A DNA stretch of 32,000 bases from assembly GCF_000011805.1 (NCBI RefSeq), contig NC_006840.2. One strand, given 5' to 3'. The notes beneath the pieces were generated by a model. It saw only the letters and a list, made by a program, of their open reading frames with translations, was not told the origin of the DNA and ran no database searches. Source of the DNA: Aliivibrio fischeri ES114 (GTDB lineage: Bacteria > Pseudomonadota > Gammaproteobacteria > Enterobacterales > Vibrionaceae). The position numbers and the translations under genes were made by a program. This document shows, piece by piece, positions 8,182 to 19,462 of this stretch. The first letter of the stretch is position 1. The number at the start of each line of letters is the position of its first letter.

Positions 8182-10761
8182 TTATGCCGCTAAGTTATCC
8201 TTTTTTGCTCGGCGACGTTGATTTAAGCCTAATGCCAAAAGTAGTAGTAGAGTTGGAACAAATACCCACTCTTTTAATGGACGATCTGCATCAAGGACAA
8301 CTTGTTTGATTTCCCAATCAAAATCAATACCAGATGCTTCAGCAGGACTTCCAAACTCAACCATATCGACAATCATTTTGTTGTCGACTTCAGATAGCAT
8401 TAGCCCCATTGAACTGACCCGTTCTTCACCAGTAATAGCTCTCTCATCAAAAGGTAAACGAACAGTTTTGTTTATGATGTCACCTTCTAGGTTTTCACCA
8501 CTCACTTGTAATTCCAGTGATTGTCCTATATTTAGCCCTTCTGCGATTTGAGCAATCTCAATTCCTTGGTGATAATCTTTTGCTGGATACAATTGATCCC
8601 ACCAGTACCCCGGACGGAATAAAGAGAAAGTAATTAACAATAAAAGAGCGGTTTCCCACCATTTTGTTTTAGTAAACCACCAACCTTGTGTTGCTGCAGA
8701 AAAAGTTAACATCGCAATGATCGATGAAATAACCGTTAATGCTAGGTGCCACCATGAATCAATCCCCATTAACAATAGTTGAGTATTGAAAATAAACATA
8801 AATGGCAGTATTGCAGTACGGATATCATAGGTAAAACCTTGGATACCTGTTCGTATTGGATCGGATTTCGCAATCGCTGCTGCTGCAAATGCAGCAAGAC
8901 CTACTGGCGGTGTATCATCCGCTAAAATACCAAAATAAAAGACAAATAAATGAACAGCAATGAGTGGAATGATTAATCCATGAGCTGCACCTAATGTCAC
9001 AATAACGGGTGCCATGAGCGTTGATACAACGATATAGTTTGCTGTTGTTGGTAAGCCCATACCAAGAATTAAACTGATCACCGCAGTAAATAACAGCATT
9101 AATATGATGCTACCGCCAGAAATAAATTCTACGAAATCAGTCATAACAAGGCCGATACCCGTAAGTGTTACTACACCAACAACCGTACCAGCTGCTGCCG
9201 TTGCAACACCGATACCAATCATGTTTCTAGCACCTGATACCAGACTTTCTAGTAAATCATCAAATCCTTGTTTTACACTTTCGAACATATCGCCTTCTTT
9301 AGTAAAAAAGCTGATTAATGGTCGTTGAGTTAACAAGATAAAGATCATAAATACTGATGCCCAGAATGCAGATAGACCAGGAGAAAATCGCTCAACAGTC
9401 AAACACCACACTAATACCACGATAGGTAATAAGAAATGCAAACCTGATTTGATTGTTGGACCAGGATCTGGCACTTCAGTTAACTCTTCATCAATTGCCA
9501 TCATGGCATGTTCTTGATATTTAGCTGAAATACGAATTAAGCCAACATAAGATAGCAGCAATGCAATAGTAACAATTGGGGTTGCTGCATCTCCAAAGAC
9601 TCCTTTGGTCCAACCTATACCATAATAAACAGCAGCACTAATAATACACAAACCAAGAATAGTTCCTGTAAAAGAGAGCAAACTTTGAACGAGTGTTGGG
9701 TTATGACGACGTGGTAAGCCTTTCATTCCTGCTTTACAGGCTTCAAGGTGGACAATATAAAGTAATGCGATGTAAGAGATAAGTGCTGGTAATAAAGCGG
9801 CTTTAATTACTTCAACATACGAAATACCCACGTACTCCACCATTAAGAATGCCGCAGCCCCCATAATAGGCGGTGTTAATTGACCATTCGTTGATGCTGC
9901 AACTTCAACGGCACCCGCTTTTGTTCCTGGGAAACCAACGCGTTTCATTAGTGGAATGGTGAATGTGCCAGTTGTTACAACATTGGCAATAGAAGAACCT
10001 GAAACTAAACCTGATAAACCTGAAGCAACAACCGCTGCTTTTGCTGGGCCACCTTTCATATGACCGAGTAAAGAGAAAGCTACTTTAATAAAGTAAGCAC
10101 CAGCACCTGCTTTTTCTAACATGGCGCCAAAAAGCACAAATAAGAAAACAAATGAGGTTGATACGCCTAAAGCAACACCAAATACCCCTTCAGTTGTTAG
10201 CCATAAGTGAGACATCGCTTTATTTAAGCTTGCACCTTTATGAGCAATAACATCTGGCATATGTGGACCAGCAAAGGTGTATAGAAGAAACACGGCTGCC
10301 ACAACCATGAGTGGTGGACCTAATGCTCGTCGAGTTGCTTCAAGTAGTAAAATCATACCGGTAACAGCAGCCACAATATCAAATGTGGTTGGCGCACCAG
10401 AGCGGCCTGCAAGTTCGGTATAAAAAATATAGATATAAGCAGCAGCGAAGCTGCCTAATAAAGCCAGAACCCAATCAATCGCAGGAATACGGTCTCTTGG
10501 TGAGTTTTTGAGTGCAGGGTAAGCGGTGAATGCTAAAAAAATAGCAAAAGCTAAGTGTATAGATCGCGCTTCTGTATCATTAAGTATGCCGAAATCAAAA
10601 ATGAACGGTAAAGGGGAGGCATACCAAAGCTGGAATAAAGACCAACATAGTGGAATAAACCATAAAATACGGCCAGATAATCCTTGCGGTGAACGAGCCC
10701 CGGTATCAGATTGGGCCACCATTTCTTGCACATCTTGCGACGGTGAAGATTGTTGCGTCAT
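8182..10761 (-). CDS. TRAP transporter fused permease (4TM/12TM, TAXI-type) with C-terminal DUF3394/PDZ-like extension
   Basis: 859 aa; GASTNGQLTPPIMGAAAFLM and LGMGLPTTANYIVVSTLMAP are DctM-type fused-permease motifs. Start preceded by SD CTAAGGAAAAG. Confidence 0.92.
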   Translation of the reverse strand: MTQQSSPSQDVQEMVAQSDTGARSPQGLSGRILWFIPLCWSLFQLWYASPLPFIFDFGILNDTEARSIHLAFAIFLAFTAYPALKNSPRDRIPAIDWVLALLGSFAAAYIYIFYTELAGRSGAPTTFDIVAAVTGMILLLEATRRALGPPLMVVAAVFLLYTFAGPHMPDVIAHKGASLNKAMSHLWLTTEGVFGVALGVSTSFVFLFVLFGAMLEKAGAGAYFIKVAFSLLGHMKGGPAKAAVVASGLSGLVSGSSIANVVTTGTFTIPLMKRVGFPGTKAGAVEVAASTNGQLTPPIMGAAAFLMVEYVGISYVEVIKAALLPALISYIALLYIVHLEACKAGMKGLPRRHNPTLVQSLLSFTGTILGLCIISAAVYYGIGWTKGVFGDAATPIVTIALLLSYVGLIRISAKYQEHAMMAIDEELTEVPDPGPTIKSGLHFLLPIVVLVWCLTVERFSPGLSAFWASVFMIFILLTQRPLISFFTKEGDMFESVKQGFDDLLESLVSGARNMIGIGVATAAAGTVVGVVTLTGIGLVMTDFVEFISGGSIILMLLFTAVISLILGMGLPTTANYIVVSTLMAPVIVTLGAAHGLIIPLIAVHLFVFYFGILADDTPPVGLAAFAAAAIAKSDPIRTGIQGFTYDIRTAILPFMFIFNTQLLLMGIDSWWHLALTVISSIIAMLTFSAATQGWWFTKTKWWETALLLLITFSLFRPGYWWDQLYPAKDYHQGIEIAQIAEGLNIGQSLELQVSGENLEGDIINKTVRLPFDERAITGEERVSSMGLMLSEVDNKMIVDMVEFGSPAEASGIDFDWEIKQVVLDADRPLKEWVFVPTLLLLLALGLNQRRRAKKDNLAA

Positions 10762-11012
10762 GTACTTTTCCTTAGTGATGGTCGAATTTAATACTCTTTC
10801 AAATAAGTATTAGGTTTCCGAATATAGCCAATATATAGGCCAAAAAAGCTGATCTTTAAATTCGTTTATTGTCATAACAATCGTATTTATTTTTGTACTT
10901 ACTTATTTTAAAAATGAAGTATCAACATTGAATAATAAGATAGCTATTACCAATTGAGTGGTTGGTATTATTATTGTCCGTTTAAAAGAAAGATCAGAAA
11001 GTAGAGCGAAGA

Positions 11013-11040
11013 ATAAAAGAGGCCATATGACCTCTTTTAT
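11013..11040 (-). terminator. Terminator-like hairpin between TAXI receptor gene and TRAP permease gene
   Basis: Perfect 10-bp stem ATAAAAGAGG (11013-11022) / CCTCTTTTAT (11031-11040) with 8-nt loop, just 3' of the receptor gene. Confidence 0.75.
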
Positions 11041-11054
11041 CTAAAGAAGTGTTT

Positions 11055-12029
11055 CTATTTTAGTAGGCCGACTTCTTTGTAGTATTTCACTGCACCTGGG
11101 TGTAGTGGGATAGAAAGACCTGCTTTAACCATGTCTTCTTTTTTCAAAGTAGCAAATGCTGGATGTAGGCGCTTAAACGTATCGAAGTTTTCAAATACCG
11201 CTTTTGCAACGCTGTAAGCCACTTCATCAGAAACATCTGATGTAGTTACCATTGTTGCCGCTACACCAAAGCTATTTACATCACCTGTAGTACCACGGTA
11301 CATACCTGCAGGTACTGTGCTGTATGCGTAATAAGGATTATCCGCTACGATTTTATCGATCTCTGGCCCTGTTGCTGAAACCAATTTTGCATCACAAGAG
11401 GTTGTTGCTTCTTTGATTGAGCCATTTGGGTGACCAACCATATAGATGAATGCATCAATTTTATTATCACAAAGTGCTTGTGAACGCTCAGAACCTTTAA
11501 GTTCAGAAGCTAACTTAAAGCTGTCGTTTGTCCAACCCATTGCATCCATAACAACTCCCATGGTTGCACGGTCACCAGAACCTGGATTACCAATGTTTAC
11601 ACGCTTGCCTTCAAGATCTGCAACATTGTTAATACCTGAGTCAGTACGAGCTATGATGTTAAAAGGTTCTGTATGAAGAGAGAACATCGCGCGCAGTTTT
11701 TTGTAAGGGCCTTGGGCTTCAAATTTGCTGGTACCGTTATAGCCATGGTATTGCCAATCAGACTGAACAATACCGAAATCTAATTCACCAGAACGAATGG
11801 TATTTACGTTATAGATTGAGCCGCCTGTTGATTCAACAGAACAACGAACATTGTGTTCTTTACGATCTTTGTTGACTAATTTACAGATTGCGCCACCCGT
11901 CGGGTAGTAAACTCCAGTTACTGAACCTGTACCAATGGTTATGAATTCTTGGGCACTTGCAGTTCCCATACCTGCAGTCATCATTGCCGCAGCTACAGCC
12001 GTTGCTTTAATTACATTTTGTAATGCCAT
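11055..12029 (-). CDS. TAXI-family TRAP transporter solute-binding protein
   Basis: Signal peptide, then QEFITIGTGSVTGVYYPTGGAICKLVNK (TAXI signature) and GDRATMGVVMDAMGW. Confidence 0.93.
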   Translation of the reverse strand: MALQNVIKATAVAAAMMTAGMGTASAQEFITIGTGSVTGVYYPTGGAICKLVNKDRKEHNVRCSVESTGGSIYNVNTIRSGELDFGIVQSDWQYHGYNGTSKFEAQGPYKKLRAMFSLHTEPFNIIARTDSGINNVADLEGKRVNIGNPGSGDRATMGVVMDAMGWTNDSFKLASELKGSERSQALCDNKIDAFIYMVGHPNGSIKEATTSCDAKLVSATGPEIDKIVADNPYYAYSTVPAGMYRGTTGDVNSFGVAATMVTTSDVSDEVAYSVAKAVFENFDTFKRLHPAFATLKKEDMVKAGLSIPLHPGAVKYYKEVGLLK

Positions 12030-12318
12030 GTTATTCCCTTCCTTATTATTTTGCTTTTTATCTACAGCTTAATGAAAAGTATAAGATAAAAAACAGTATT
12101 TATTCACTTCATCATAAAGTGTTTTATATTTCCTGTTACGGAAATGGCGTGCGAATGATAGCAAATTAATGCAACTAGTTTAAATTGATGTTAAATAAAA
12201 TCTATCAAAAATGTGAAATAAACAACTATTGATAGAGTTGTTTTTTGAAGTTTTTATCTAATTTAGGTGGTTTCTGACACTTTTAGTGTGGTTAATGAGG
12301 AGAGTTATAAATAGGAGG

Positions 12319-12347
12319 AAGCACTTTATGAGAAGCATAAAGTGCTT
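12319..12347 (-). terminator. Hairpin 3' of argR (possible terminator; weak T-tract)
   Basis: AAGCACTTTATG (12319-12330), loop AGAAG, CATAAAGTGCTT (12336-12347): perfect 12-bp stem. Confidence 0.5.
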
Positions 12348-12359
12348 AAATTTATGTGA

Positions 12360-12830
12360 TTAAACTGAGTATTCAAACAAGTCGCAAACTGAATCAAACA
12401 GTTCAGCAACTTCAATATTACGAGTTGGTGTAATAAAGATAGTATCGTCACCCGCGACAACACCTAGGATGCCTTCTGCTTTACCTAAAGAATCTAGTAG
12501 GCGGGCAATTAGTTGCGCAGCTCCAGGACCGGTATGAATAACAACTAATGCGTTGTTGTAATCAATATCCATAACGAGTTCACGTAATGAGCTTGAAACA
12601 GTAGGAACACCAAGTTCAACGGGTAGGCAGTACACCATTTCCATTTTTGCATTGCGTGTACGAACGGCACCAAACTTAGTCAGCATTCGTGAAACTTTAG
12701 ATTGGTTGATGTTATCAAAGCCAGATTGACGAAGAGCATCAACGATTTCACCTTGGGAGCCAAATCGTTCAGCTTTAAGAATGGCTTTAAACTCTTTAAC
12801 TAGTAGTTCTTGTTTTTCATTATTTCGCAT
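12360..12830 (-). CDS. argR: Arginine repressor ArgR
   Basis: N-terminal winged helix ([40 protein letters not shown]) and C-terminal GTIAGDDTIF-like motif ([11 protein letters not shown]); 156 aa; divergent from mdh. Confidence 0.96.
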   Translation of the reverse strand: MRNNEKQELLVKEFKAILKAERFGSQGEIVDALRQSGFDNINQSKVSRMLTKFGAVRTRNAKMEMVYCLPVELGVPTVSSSLRELVMDIDYNNALVVIHTGPGAAQLIARLLDSLGKAEGILGVVAGDDTIFITPTRNIEVAELFDSVCDLFEYSV

Positions 12831-12867
12831 ACTGTTTTGATTCTTTTTGCAACAATTCTTACTATTC

Positions 12868-12925
12868 TCGCATAATTATTTATTTATAACCAAGTCAAAA
12901 TGGTAAATTTGTGAATAATTACCAG
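12868..12925. promoter_or_regulatory. Candidate ARG boxes in argR-mdh intergenic region
   Basis: AT-rich partial matches to the ARG box consensus (wnTGAATwwwwATTCAnw): GCATAATTATTTAT and GTGAATAATTACC, just upstream of argR. Confidence 0.3.
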
Positions 12926-13103
12926 TGATTAGTCGGTATCATTAGTAACGAATTTGTAGCACGGATCATATGTCGTTGCGTAAGGTCGCAAAGCGAGGAA
13001 AACTTCGTTGAATTTCACCTGTCCTTACTATAACGTCAGATTCAGTCTGAAAGTAAAATCTTTAAATAATAACAATATTCCTACCATTTCAAGGAGAACG
13101 AAA

Positions 13104-14039
13104 ATGAAAGTAGCTGTTATTGGTGCCGCTGGCGGCATTGGACAAGCGTTAGCATTACTTCTTAAGAACCGTTTACCAGCAGGGTCAGATCTAGCTTTAT
13201 ATGATATTGCTCCAGTAACTCCAGGTGTTGCTGCGGATCTAAGCCATATTCCAACACCAGTATCAATCAAAGGATATTGCGGAGAAGATCCAACACCAGC
13301 ATTAGAAGGTGCAGATGTTGTACTTATTTCTGCAGGTGTTGCTCGTAAACCTGGAATGGATCGTTCTGATCTTTTTAATATCAATGCAGGTATTGTTAAA
13401 TCGTTAACTGAAAAGATTGCGGTAACTTGTCCTAAAGCGTGTATTGGTATTATTACAAACCCTGTAAATACTACGGTAGCAATTGCTGCAGAAGTATTAA
13501 AAAAAGCAGGTGTGTATGACAAAAATAAATTATTTGGTGTAACCACGCTGGATGTGATCCGTTCAGAGACTTTCGTTGCTGAATTAAAAGATAAAGATCC
13601 AGGTGAGATCCGTGTTCCTGTTATTGGTGGTCACTCTGGTGTCACAATCCTTCCTTTATTATCTCAAGTTCAAGGTGTTGAGTTTACAGCTGAAGAAGTG
13701 GCTGCACTGACTCCTCGCATCCAAAACGCGGGTACAGAAGTGGTTGAAGCAAAAGCGGGTGGCGGCTCAGCAACGTTGTCTATGGGGCAAGCGGCATGTC
13801 GTTTTGGTCTATCACTAGTAAAAGCACTGAGTGGTGAAGAAGGCGTTGTTGAATGTGCTTATGTTGAAGGTAACGGTGAACATGCTCGTTTCTTCGCACA
13901 ACCAATTCTACTTGGCAAAAATGGGGTTGAAGAAATTCAATCTTATGGTGAGTTAAGTGCATTTGAACAAGAAGCGCTAGAAAGTATGCTAGATACGCTA
14001 AGAGGCGATATCAAAATTGGCGAAGAGTTTGTTCAATAA
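13104..14039 (+). CDS. mdh: Malate dehydrogenase (NAD)
   Basis: [51 protein letters not shown]; 311 aa from the ATG at 13104 with SD AAGGAG. Confidence 0.98.
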   Translation: MKVAVIGAAGGIGQALALLLKNRLPAGSDLALYDIAPVTPGVAADLSHIPTPVSIKGYCGEDPTPALEGADVVLISAGVARKPGMDRSDLFNINAGIVKSLTEKIAVTCPKACIGIITNPVNTTVAIAAEVLKKAGVYDKNKLFGVTTLDVIRSETFVAELKDKDPGEIRVPVIGGHSGVTILPLLSQVQGVEFTAEEVAALTPRIQNAGTEVVEAKAGGGSATLSMGQAACRFGLSLVKALSGEEGVVECAYVEGNGEHARFFAQPILLGKNGVEEIQSYGELSAFEQEALESMLDTLRGDIKIGEEFVQ

Positions 14040-14067
14040 GTGTTAACTTAGACATTAATTGAAAGAA

Positions 14068-14102
14068 TAAAGGGGCAGATAGTCTAACTATCTGCCCCTT
14101 TA
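14068..14102. terminator. Strong bidirectional terminator between mdh and ispB
   Basis: 15-bp perfect stem TAAAGGGGCAGATAG / CTATCTGCCCCTTTA with 5-nt loop TCTAA between convergent genes. Confidence 0.88.
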
Positions 14103-14127
14103 TTATGTTTGAAAGAAAAGGTGTGGA

Positions 14128-15099
14128 TTATTTACTGCGTTTAACGGCTAGGTGCGCTAATGCTTTTAGTGCTTCTTTATAATCTGATTCAGGAAGAATG
14201 GCTAATTCAGCAATCGCTTTATCTGCTTCTTCATCTGCTTTTTGTTTTGTGTACTCTAAAGAGCCAACTTCTTTCATACAAGCAAGGATCGGCTCAAGTT
14301 TATCTAAACCATTACCATTTTCGATTGCTTCACGGATCATTGCATTTTGTTCTTCATTTCCGTGCATCATTGCATGTAATAGAGGAAGAGTTGGTTTACC
14401 TTCAGCAAGGTCATCGCCAACATTTTTACCCATGTCTTTACCATCTGAGGTGTAATCCATGACATCATCAATAAGTTGGAAGGCGGTACCTAAATACTTT
14501 CCGTAATTCTGTAATGCCGTTTCAATTTCTTGTGGGGCATCGTTTAGGATCGCACCGATCTGCGTTGCGGCTTCAAATAAACGAGCTGTTTTAGAGTAGA
14601 TCACTTGCATATAACTTTCTTCAGTCGTATTAGGATCGTTACAGTTCATTAATTGAAGAACTTCACCTTCGGCGATCACATTTACGGCTTCACTCATTAA
14701 ACTAAGGATCTTTATGGATCCTAAGCTTGTCATCATTTGGAAAGAGCGGGTATAGATGAAATCACCAACAAGTACACTTGCTGCATTTCCGAACTCTGCA
14801 TTTGCTGTTGCTTTACCACGGCGCATGTCTGATTCATCAACAACGTCATCATGCAACAGGGTTGCGGTATGAATAAACTCAATGAAAGCTGCAGCCATTG
14901 TATGGTCTTTACCTTCGTATCCAAGTGCTTTGGCAGATAAAATAGCAAGAACTGGGCGTAGACGTTTTCCACCGCCGCTTACAATGTAAAAACCAAGTTG
15001 GTTGATTAACGCAACATCTGAGTTGAGTTGGGCTAATATGGTCTCATTGACGATTGCCATGTCATCAGCCGTTAGGGCTTGAATAGCTTTAAAATCCAT
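14128..15099 (-). CDS. ispB: Octaprenyl diphosphate synthase IspB
   Basis: Polyprenyl synthase motifs LLHDDVVDESDMRRG and LIDDVMDYTSDGKDMGKNVGDDLAEGKPTLPL; divergent from rplU as in other gamma-proteobacteria. Confidence 0.95.
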   Translation of the reverse strand: MDFKAIQALTADDMAIVNETILAQLNSDVALINQLGFYIVSGGGKRLRPVLAILSAKALGYEGKDHTMAAAFIEFIHTATLLHDDVVDESDMRRGKATANAEFGNAASVLVGDFIYTRSFQMMTSLGSIKILSLMSEAVNVIAEGEVLQLMNCNDPNTTEESYMQVIYSKTARLFEAATQIGAILNDAPQEIETALQNYGKYLGTAFQLIDDVMDYTSDGKDMGKNVGDDLAEGKPTLPLLHAMMHGNEEQNAMIREAIENGNGLDKLEPILACMKEVGSLEYTKQKADEEADKAIAELAILPESDYKEALKALAHLAVKRSK

Positions 15100-15259
15100 T
15101 ATTCTTCCAGCAAGGTTAGGGCCTAAGTCAGGCTAAATTATAATAAGTGATTAACTAAATAATACACTAAAATGGGCTAAGCAATACAGTCGAAAATTGT
15201 CACCTTATAGCTTAATGAGCATGTAGGCGATCTTTTCATCATTTTTCTTCATTTCTGGG

Positions 15260-15288
15260 TTGTCAGATTGAAATGATTAGCGTAGAAT
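15260..15288 (+). promoter_or_regulatory. Sigma70-type promoter of rplU-rpmA
   Basis: TTGTCA (15260-15265), 17-bp spacer, TAGAAT (15283-15288), about 88 bp before the rplU ATG. Confidence 0.6.
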
Positions 15289-15375
15289 CCACGCCCTATT
15301 GATGACAAGTTTAACGCACACCAAAATTGTTGAGTAAACAAAATATATGGTAGTGCGGAAGTAGCGGAGTAAAAT

Positions 15376-15687
15376 ATGTACGCTGTTTTCCAATCTGGTG
15401 GTAAACAACACCGTGTAAGCGAAGGTCAAACTCTTCGTTTGGAAAAATTAGACGTTGAGACTGGCGCAACAGTTGAGTTCGACAACGTTCTTATGATTGC
15501 TAACGGTGAAGAAATCACTGTTGGTGCACCTCTAGTAGCTGGCGGTAAAGTAACTGCGGAAGTAGTTCAGCACGGTCGTGGCGATAAAGTTAAAATCGTT
15601 AAGTTCCGTCGTCGTAAGCATTCTCGTAAGCAACAGGGCCACCGTCAATGGTTCACTGAAGTCAAAATTACTGGCATCAGCGCTTAA
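15376..15687 (+). CDS. rplU: 50S ribosomal protein L21
   Basis: [26 protein letters not shown]...[30 protein letters not shown]; 103 aa. Confidence 0.99.
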   Translation: MYAVFQSGGKQHRVSEGQTLRLEKLDVETGATVEFDNVLMIANGEEITVGAPLVAGGKVTAEVVQHGRGDKVKIVKFRRRKHSRKQQGHRQWFTEVKITGISA

Positions 15688-15704
15688 TCTAAGGAGAATA
15701 ACAA

Positions 15705-15962
15705 ATGGCACATAAAAAAGCTGGCGGTTCTACACGTAACGGCCGTGATTCAGAAAGTAAACGTCTTGGTGTTAAGCGTTTCGGTGGCGAATCTGTTCTT
15801 GCAGGTAACATCATCGTTCGTCAACGTGGTACTAAATTCCACGCTGGTACTAACGTAGGCATCGGTAAAGACCACACTCTTTTCGCTCTATCTGAAGGTA
15901 AAGTGAAATTTGAAGTTAAAGGTCCTAAAAACCGTAAATTCGTTTCTATCGAAGCTGAATAA
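15705..15962 (+). CDS. rpmA: 50S ribosomal protein L27
   Basis: [29 protein letters not shown]...; 85 aa. Confidence 0.99.
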   Translation: MAHKKAGGSTRNGRDSESKRLGVKRFGGESVLAGNIIVRQRGTKFHAGTNVGIGKDHTLFALSEGKVKFEVKGPKNRKFVSIEAE

Positions 15963-15982
15963 TAACTTTTTAAGTTAATTCT

Positions 15983-16010
15983 AAAGCCCTGCCAATTGGC
16001 GGGGCTTTTT
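15983..16010 (+). terminator. Rho-independent terminator after rpmA
   Basis: AAAGCCCTGCC-AATT-GGCGGGGCTTT (one G-T pair) followed by T-run. Confidence 0.9.
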
Positions 16011-16165
16011 ATTTATGGATAGTCACCAGTTAAACACTCTTCATCTATAATAAGAGTACTTAACTAGTGACTATATTGATATATACGTAGCGTAAAGATC
16101 ATTGACGATCCAATCTTAAGGTCTCATTCTGGTCTACAGTAAATGAAGCCGTACTTAAATTATAA

Positions 16166-17371
<1,206 letters not shown>

Positions 17372-17403
17372 CTTGTTCTGTGCTTATTACAGATAATCAT
17401 TAT

Positions 17404-17433
17404 AAAAAAACCGCACTTGTTGCGGTTTTTTTT
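17404..17433 (+). terminator. Rho-independent terminator after obgE
   Basis: AAAAAAACCGCA-CTTGT-TGCGGTTTTTTTT. Confidence 0.92.
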
Positions 17434-17504
17434 ATTTAAATCATTAAACACTGAGTTGAAAAGATTAGAATAGATTTCTATTTAACGAATCATTGCGAAT
17501 AAAC

Positions 17505-18275
17505 ATGGATGAGAAGCAAAGAGAAATATCCCGCTTAGTAGCAAAAGCAGGACAAATGTTATTACAACATGGGGCTGAAAGTAGTCTGGTGTCTGATGTC
17601 AGTCGACGCTTAGGGATTGCAGTTGGGGCTGATGATGTTGAAGTATCTTTATCAGCGAGTTCGTTGGTTATTACAACGGTGATTAATGAGCACTGCATGA
17701 CAACGACTCGTAGAGCACCTGATCGTGGAATCAACATGCGAGCCGTTACAGAGATCCAAAGGATCTGCATCATGTCAGAAAAAGGATTGCTTGATAGACA
17801 TGATGCCACAGAAAAATTAGAAAAAGTGAGCCCTGAAAGATACAACCGTTGGTTAGTTGTGGTCATGATTGGTTTATCTTGTGCTAGTTTTAGCCGTTTA
17901 GCTGGCGGGGATTGGGCGGTCTTTCTTGTTACTTTTATTGCTTCAGCTTTAGGTATGATTGTTCGTCAAGAAATTGGACACAGAAACTTTAATCCGTTAT
18001 TAAATTTTGGTGTTACAGCCTTCGTTACCACTCTTATTTCTTCTCAAGCCGTTATTTATCATATTGGTAATACTCCCTTTTTAGCAATGGCTTCTTCTGT
18101 TTTGATGTTGGTTCCCGGGTTCCCATTAATTAATGCTGTTGCTGATATGGTTAAAGGCTATGTCAATATGGGAACGGCTCGTTGGACGTTCGCAACTTTA
18201 CTTACCTTAGCGACCAGTATTGGTATTGTTGGTGCAATGAATTTAGTTGGAGCGTGGGGGTGGTTAAATGGATAG
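17505..18275 (+). CDS. yjjP: Threonine/serine exporter-family subunit YjjP (DUF1212/ThrE N-terminal type)
   Basis: LVAKAGQMLLQHGAESSLVSDVSRRLGIAVGADDVEVSLSASSLVITTV and membrane segments; paired with yjjB. M at 17505 preferred over 17493. Confidence 0.88.
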   Translation: MDEKQREISRLVAKAGQMLLQHGAESSLVSDVSRRLGIAVGADDVEVSLSASSLVITTVINEHCMTTTRRAPDRGINMRAVTEIQRICIMSEKGLLDRHDATEKLEKVSPERYNRWLVVVMIGLSCASFSRLAGGDWAVFLVTFIASALGMIVRQEIGHRNFNPLLNFGVTAFVTTLISSQAVIYHIGNTPFLAMASSVLMLVPGFPLINAVADMVKGYVNMGTARWTFATLLTLATSIGIVGAMNLVGAWGWLNG

Positions 18276-18759
18276 TTTGTCTTTAAGTAGTGGATTGGCG
18301 TTATTTATCGCATTATTAAATGATATGTTTTTTGCCATGATCCCTGCGGTTGGTTTTGCCTTGGTATTTAACGTGCCTGTTAAAGCATTAAAATATTGTG
18401 CGATCGGTGGTGCGATTGGGCATGGTAGTCGTTTTTTATTATTACACTTTGGTGTGCCGTTGGAGTGGGCAACACTATGTGCAGCCACAACCGTCGGTAT
18501 GATTGGTGTTCATTGGTCACACCGATTTTTAGCGCACCCAAAAGTATTTACAGTTGCAGCATTAATTCCAATGGTACCCGGTGTTTTTGCTTTTAAAGCC
18601 ATGATTGCTGTTGTTGAAATTAATCACCTTGGGTATTCCCCTGAATTATGGGCAATGATGATTGATAATTTAATTAAGACCTTATTTACGGTTGCCGCAT
18701 TGGCAATTGGCCTTGCTATGCCCGGGTTACTGTTTTACCGTAGAAAGTCGATTGTTTAA
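18268..18759 (+). CDS. yjjB: Threonine/serine exporter-family subunit YjjB
   Basis: 163 aa, hydrophobic, directly overlapping the yjjP end; ThrE C-terminal-type sequence (AALIPMVPGVFAFKAM). Confidence 0.85.
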   Translation: MDSLSLSSGLALFIALLNDMFFAMIPAVGFALVFNVPVKALKYCAIGGAIGHGSRFLLLHFGVPLEWATLCAATTVGMIGVHWSHRFLAHPKVFTVAALIPMVPGVFAFKAMIAVVEINHLGYSPELWAMMIDNLIKTLFTVAALAIGLAMPGLLFYRRKSIV

Positions 18760-18781
18760 GTATAGTGATTAAGGAATAACT

Positions 18782-19261
18782 GTGAAAATTAGCATGATAG
18801 CCGCAATGGCAAAGAATCGTATTATTGGTATTGATAATCAGATGCCATGGCATTTACCCGCTGATTTCGCTTGGTTTAAAAAATGCACTATGGGTAAACC
18901 TATTGTCATGGGGCGTAAGACTTATGAATCTATTGGTCGTCCATTACCGGGCCGATTGAATATCGTATTAAGCCGTGATGCTAATTTACAAATAGACGGA
19001 GTGACTTGTGTTACTTCGATTGAAGAAGCGAAACAAGCTGCAGGTGATATTGAAGAACTTATGATTATTGGTGGTGGCTCAATTTACCAAGCGTGTCTTT
19101 CTGATGCAGATAAGTTATACCTGACTTTTATTGATGCTGACATCAATGGCGATACTCAATTCCCTGATTGGGGTGAGGGTTGGAATCAGACTCATTCTGA
19201 AACGTATTCGAAAGATGAAAAGAATCAGTATGATATGGAGTTTGTGGTTCTTGAGAGATAA
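18782..19261 (+). CDS. folA: Dihydrofolate reductase (GTG start)
   Basis: MKISMIAAMAKNRIIGIDNQMPWHLPADFAWFKKCTMGKPIVMGRKTYESIGRPLPGRLNIVLSR; 159 aa. Confidence 0.97.
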   Translation: MKISMIAAMAKNRIIGIDNQMPWHLPADFAWFKKCTMGKPIVMGRKTYESIGRPLPGRLNIVLSRDANLQIDGVTCVTSIEEAKQAAGDIEELMIIGGGSIYQACLSDADKLYLTFIDADINGDTQFPDWGEGWNQTHSETYSKDEKNQYDMEFVVLER

Positions 19262-19284
19262 GAGCAGGACGAACTTCGTTCTAA

Positions 19285-19462
19285 AGGGCGCTTCGCTTAA
19301 GGAGGCTGCGCCCTGAGGAATAAAAGCAAAGAGAAAAACGGAATACAGATTACTATCCTTGCAGGGTTCAGGTTTACTCACTTTTGATTTTCCTGAAACC
19401 TGAAATCTCGCTCTTTGTTCTTATAGTTTCTAGCTAGCGAAGCGTATAGCTCCTAGTTTCTA
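19285..19462. repeat. Structured palindromic/modular intergenic repeat element
   Basis: Stem AGGGCGC (19285-19291)/GCGCCCT (19308-19314); stem TTCAGGTTT (19367-19375)/AAACCTGAA (19396-19404); inverted CGCTTCGCT (19289-19297) vs AGCGAAGCG (19436-19444); direct TAGTTTCTA at 19424 and 19454. Confidence 0.6.

Noticed and set aside
12030-12359. AT-rich gap between the TAXI receptor gene and argR, considered as a site for a small RNA
   Set aside because: It contains the TAXI gene upstream region and the hairpin 3' of argR. I could not identify a promoter plus terminator pair supporting a separate ncRNA.
13028-13546. 172-aa minus-strand ORF over the start of mdh
   Set aside because: Antisense to mdh, with composition expected of a complementary frame.
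14160-14972. Plus-strand ORFs (100, 85, 79 aa) opposite ispB, rich in Leu/Gln
   Set aside because: Overlap the strongly supported ispB frame; odd composition typical of shadow ORFs.
17465-17866. 133-aa minus-strand ORF opposite yjjP
   Set aside because: Antisense to the 5' half of yjjP, with no family resemblance.
19115-19381. Short ORFs on both strands spanning the folA end and palindromic element
   Set aside because: They run out of folA into the repeat-like spacer; no SD or domain support, so more likely read-through of non-coding sequence.
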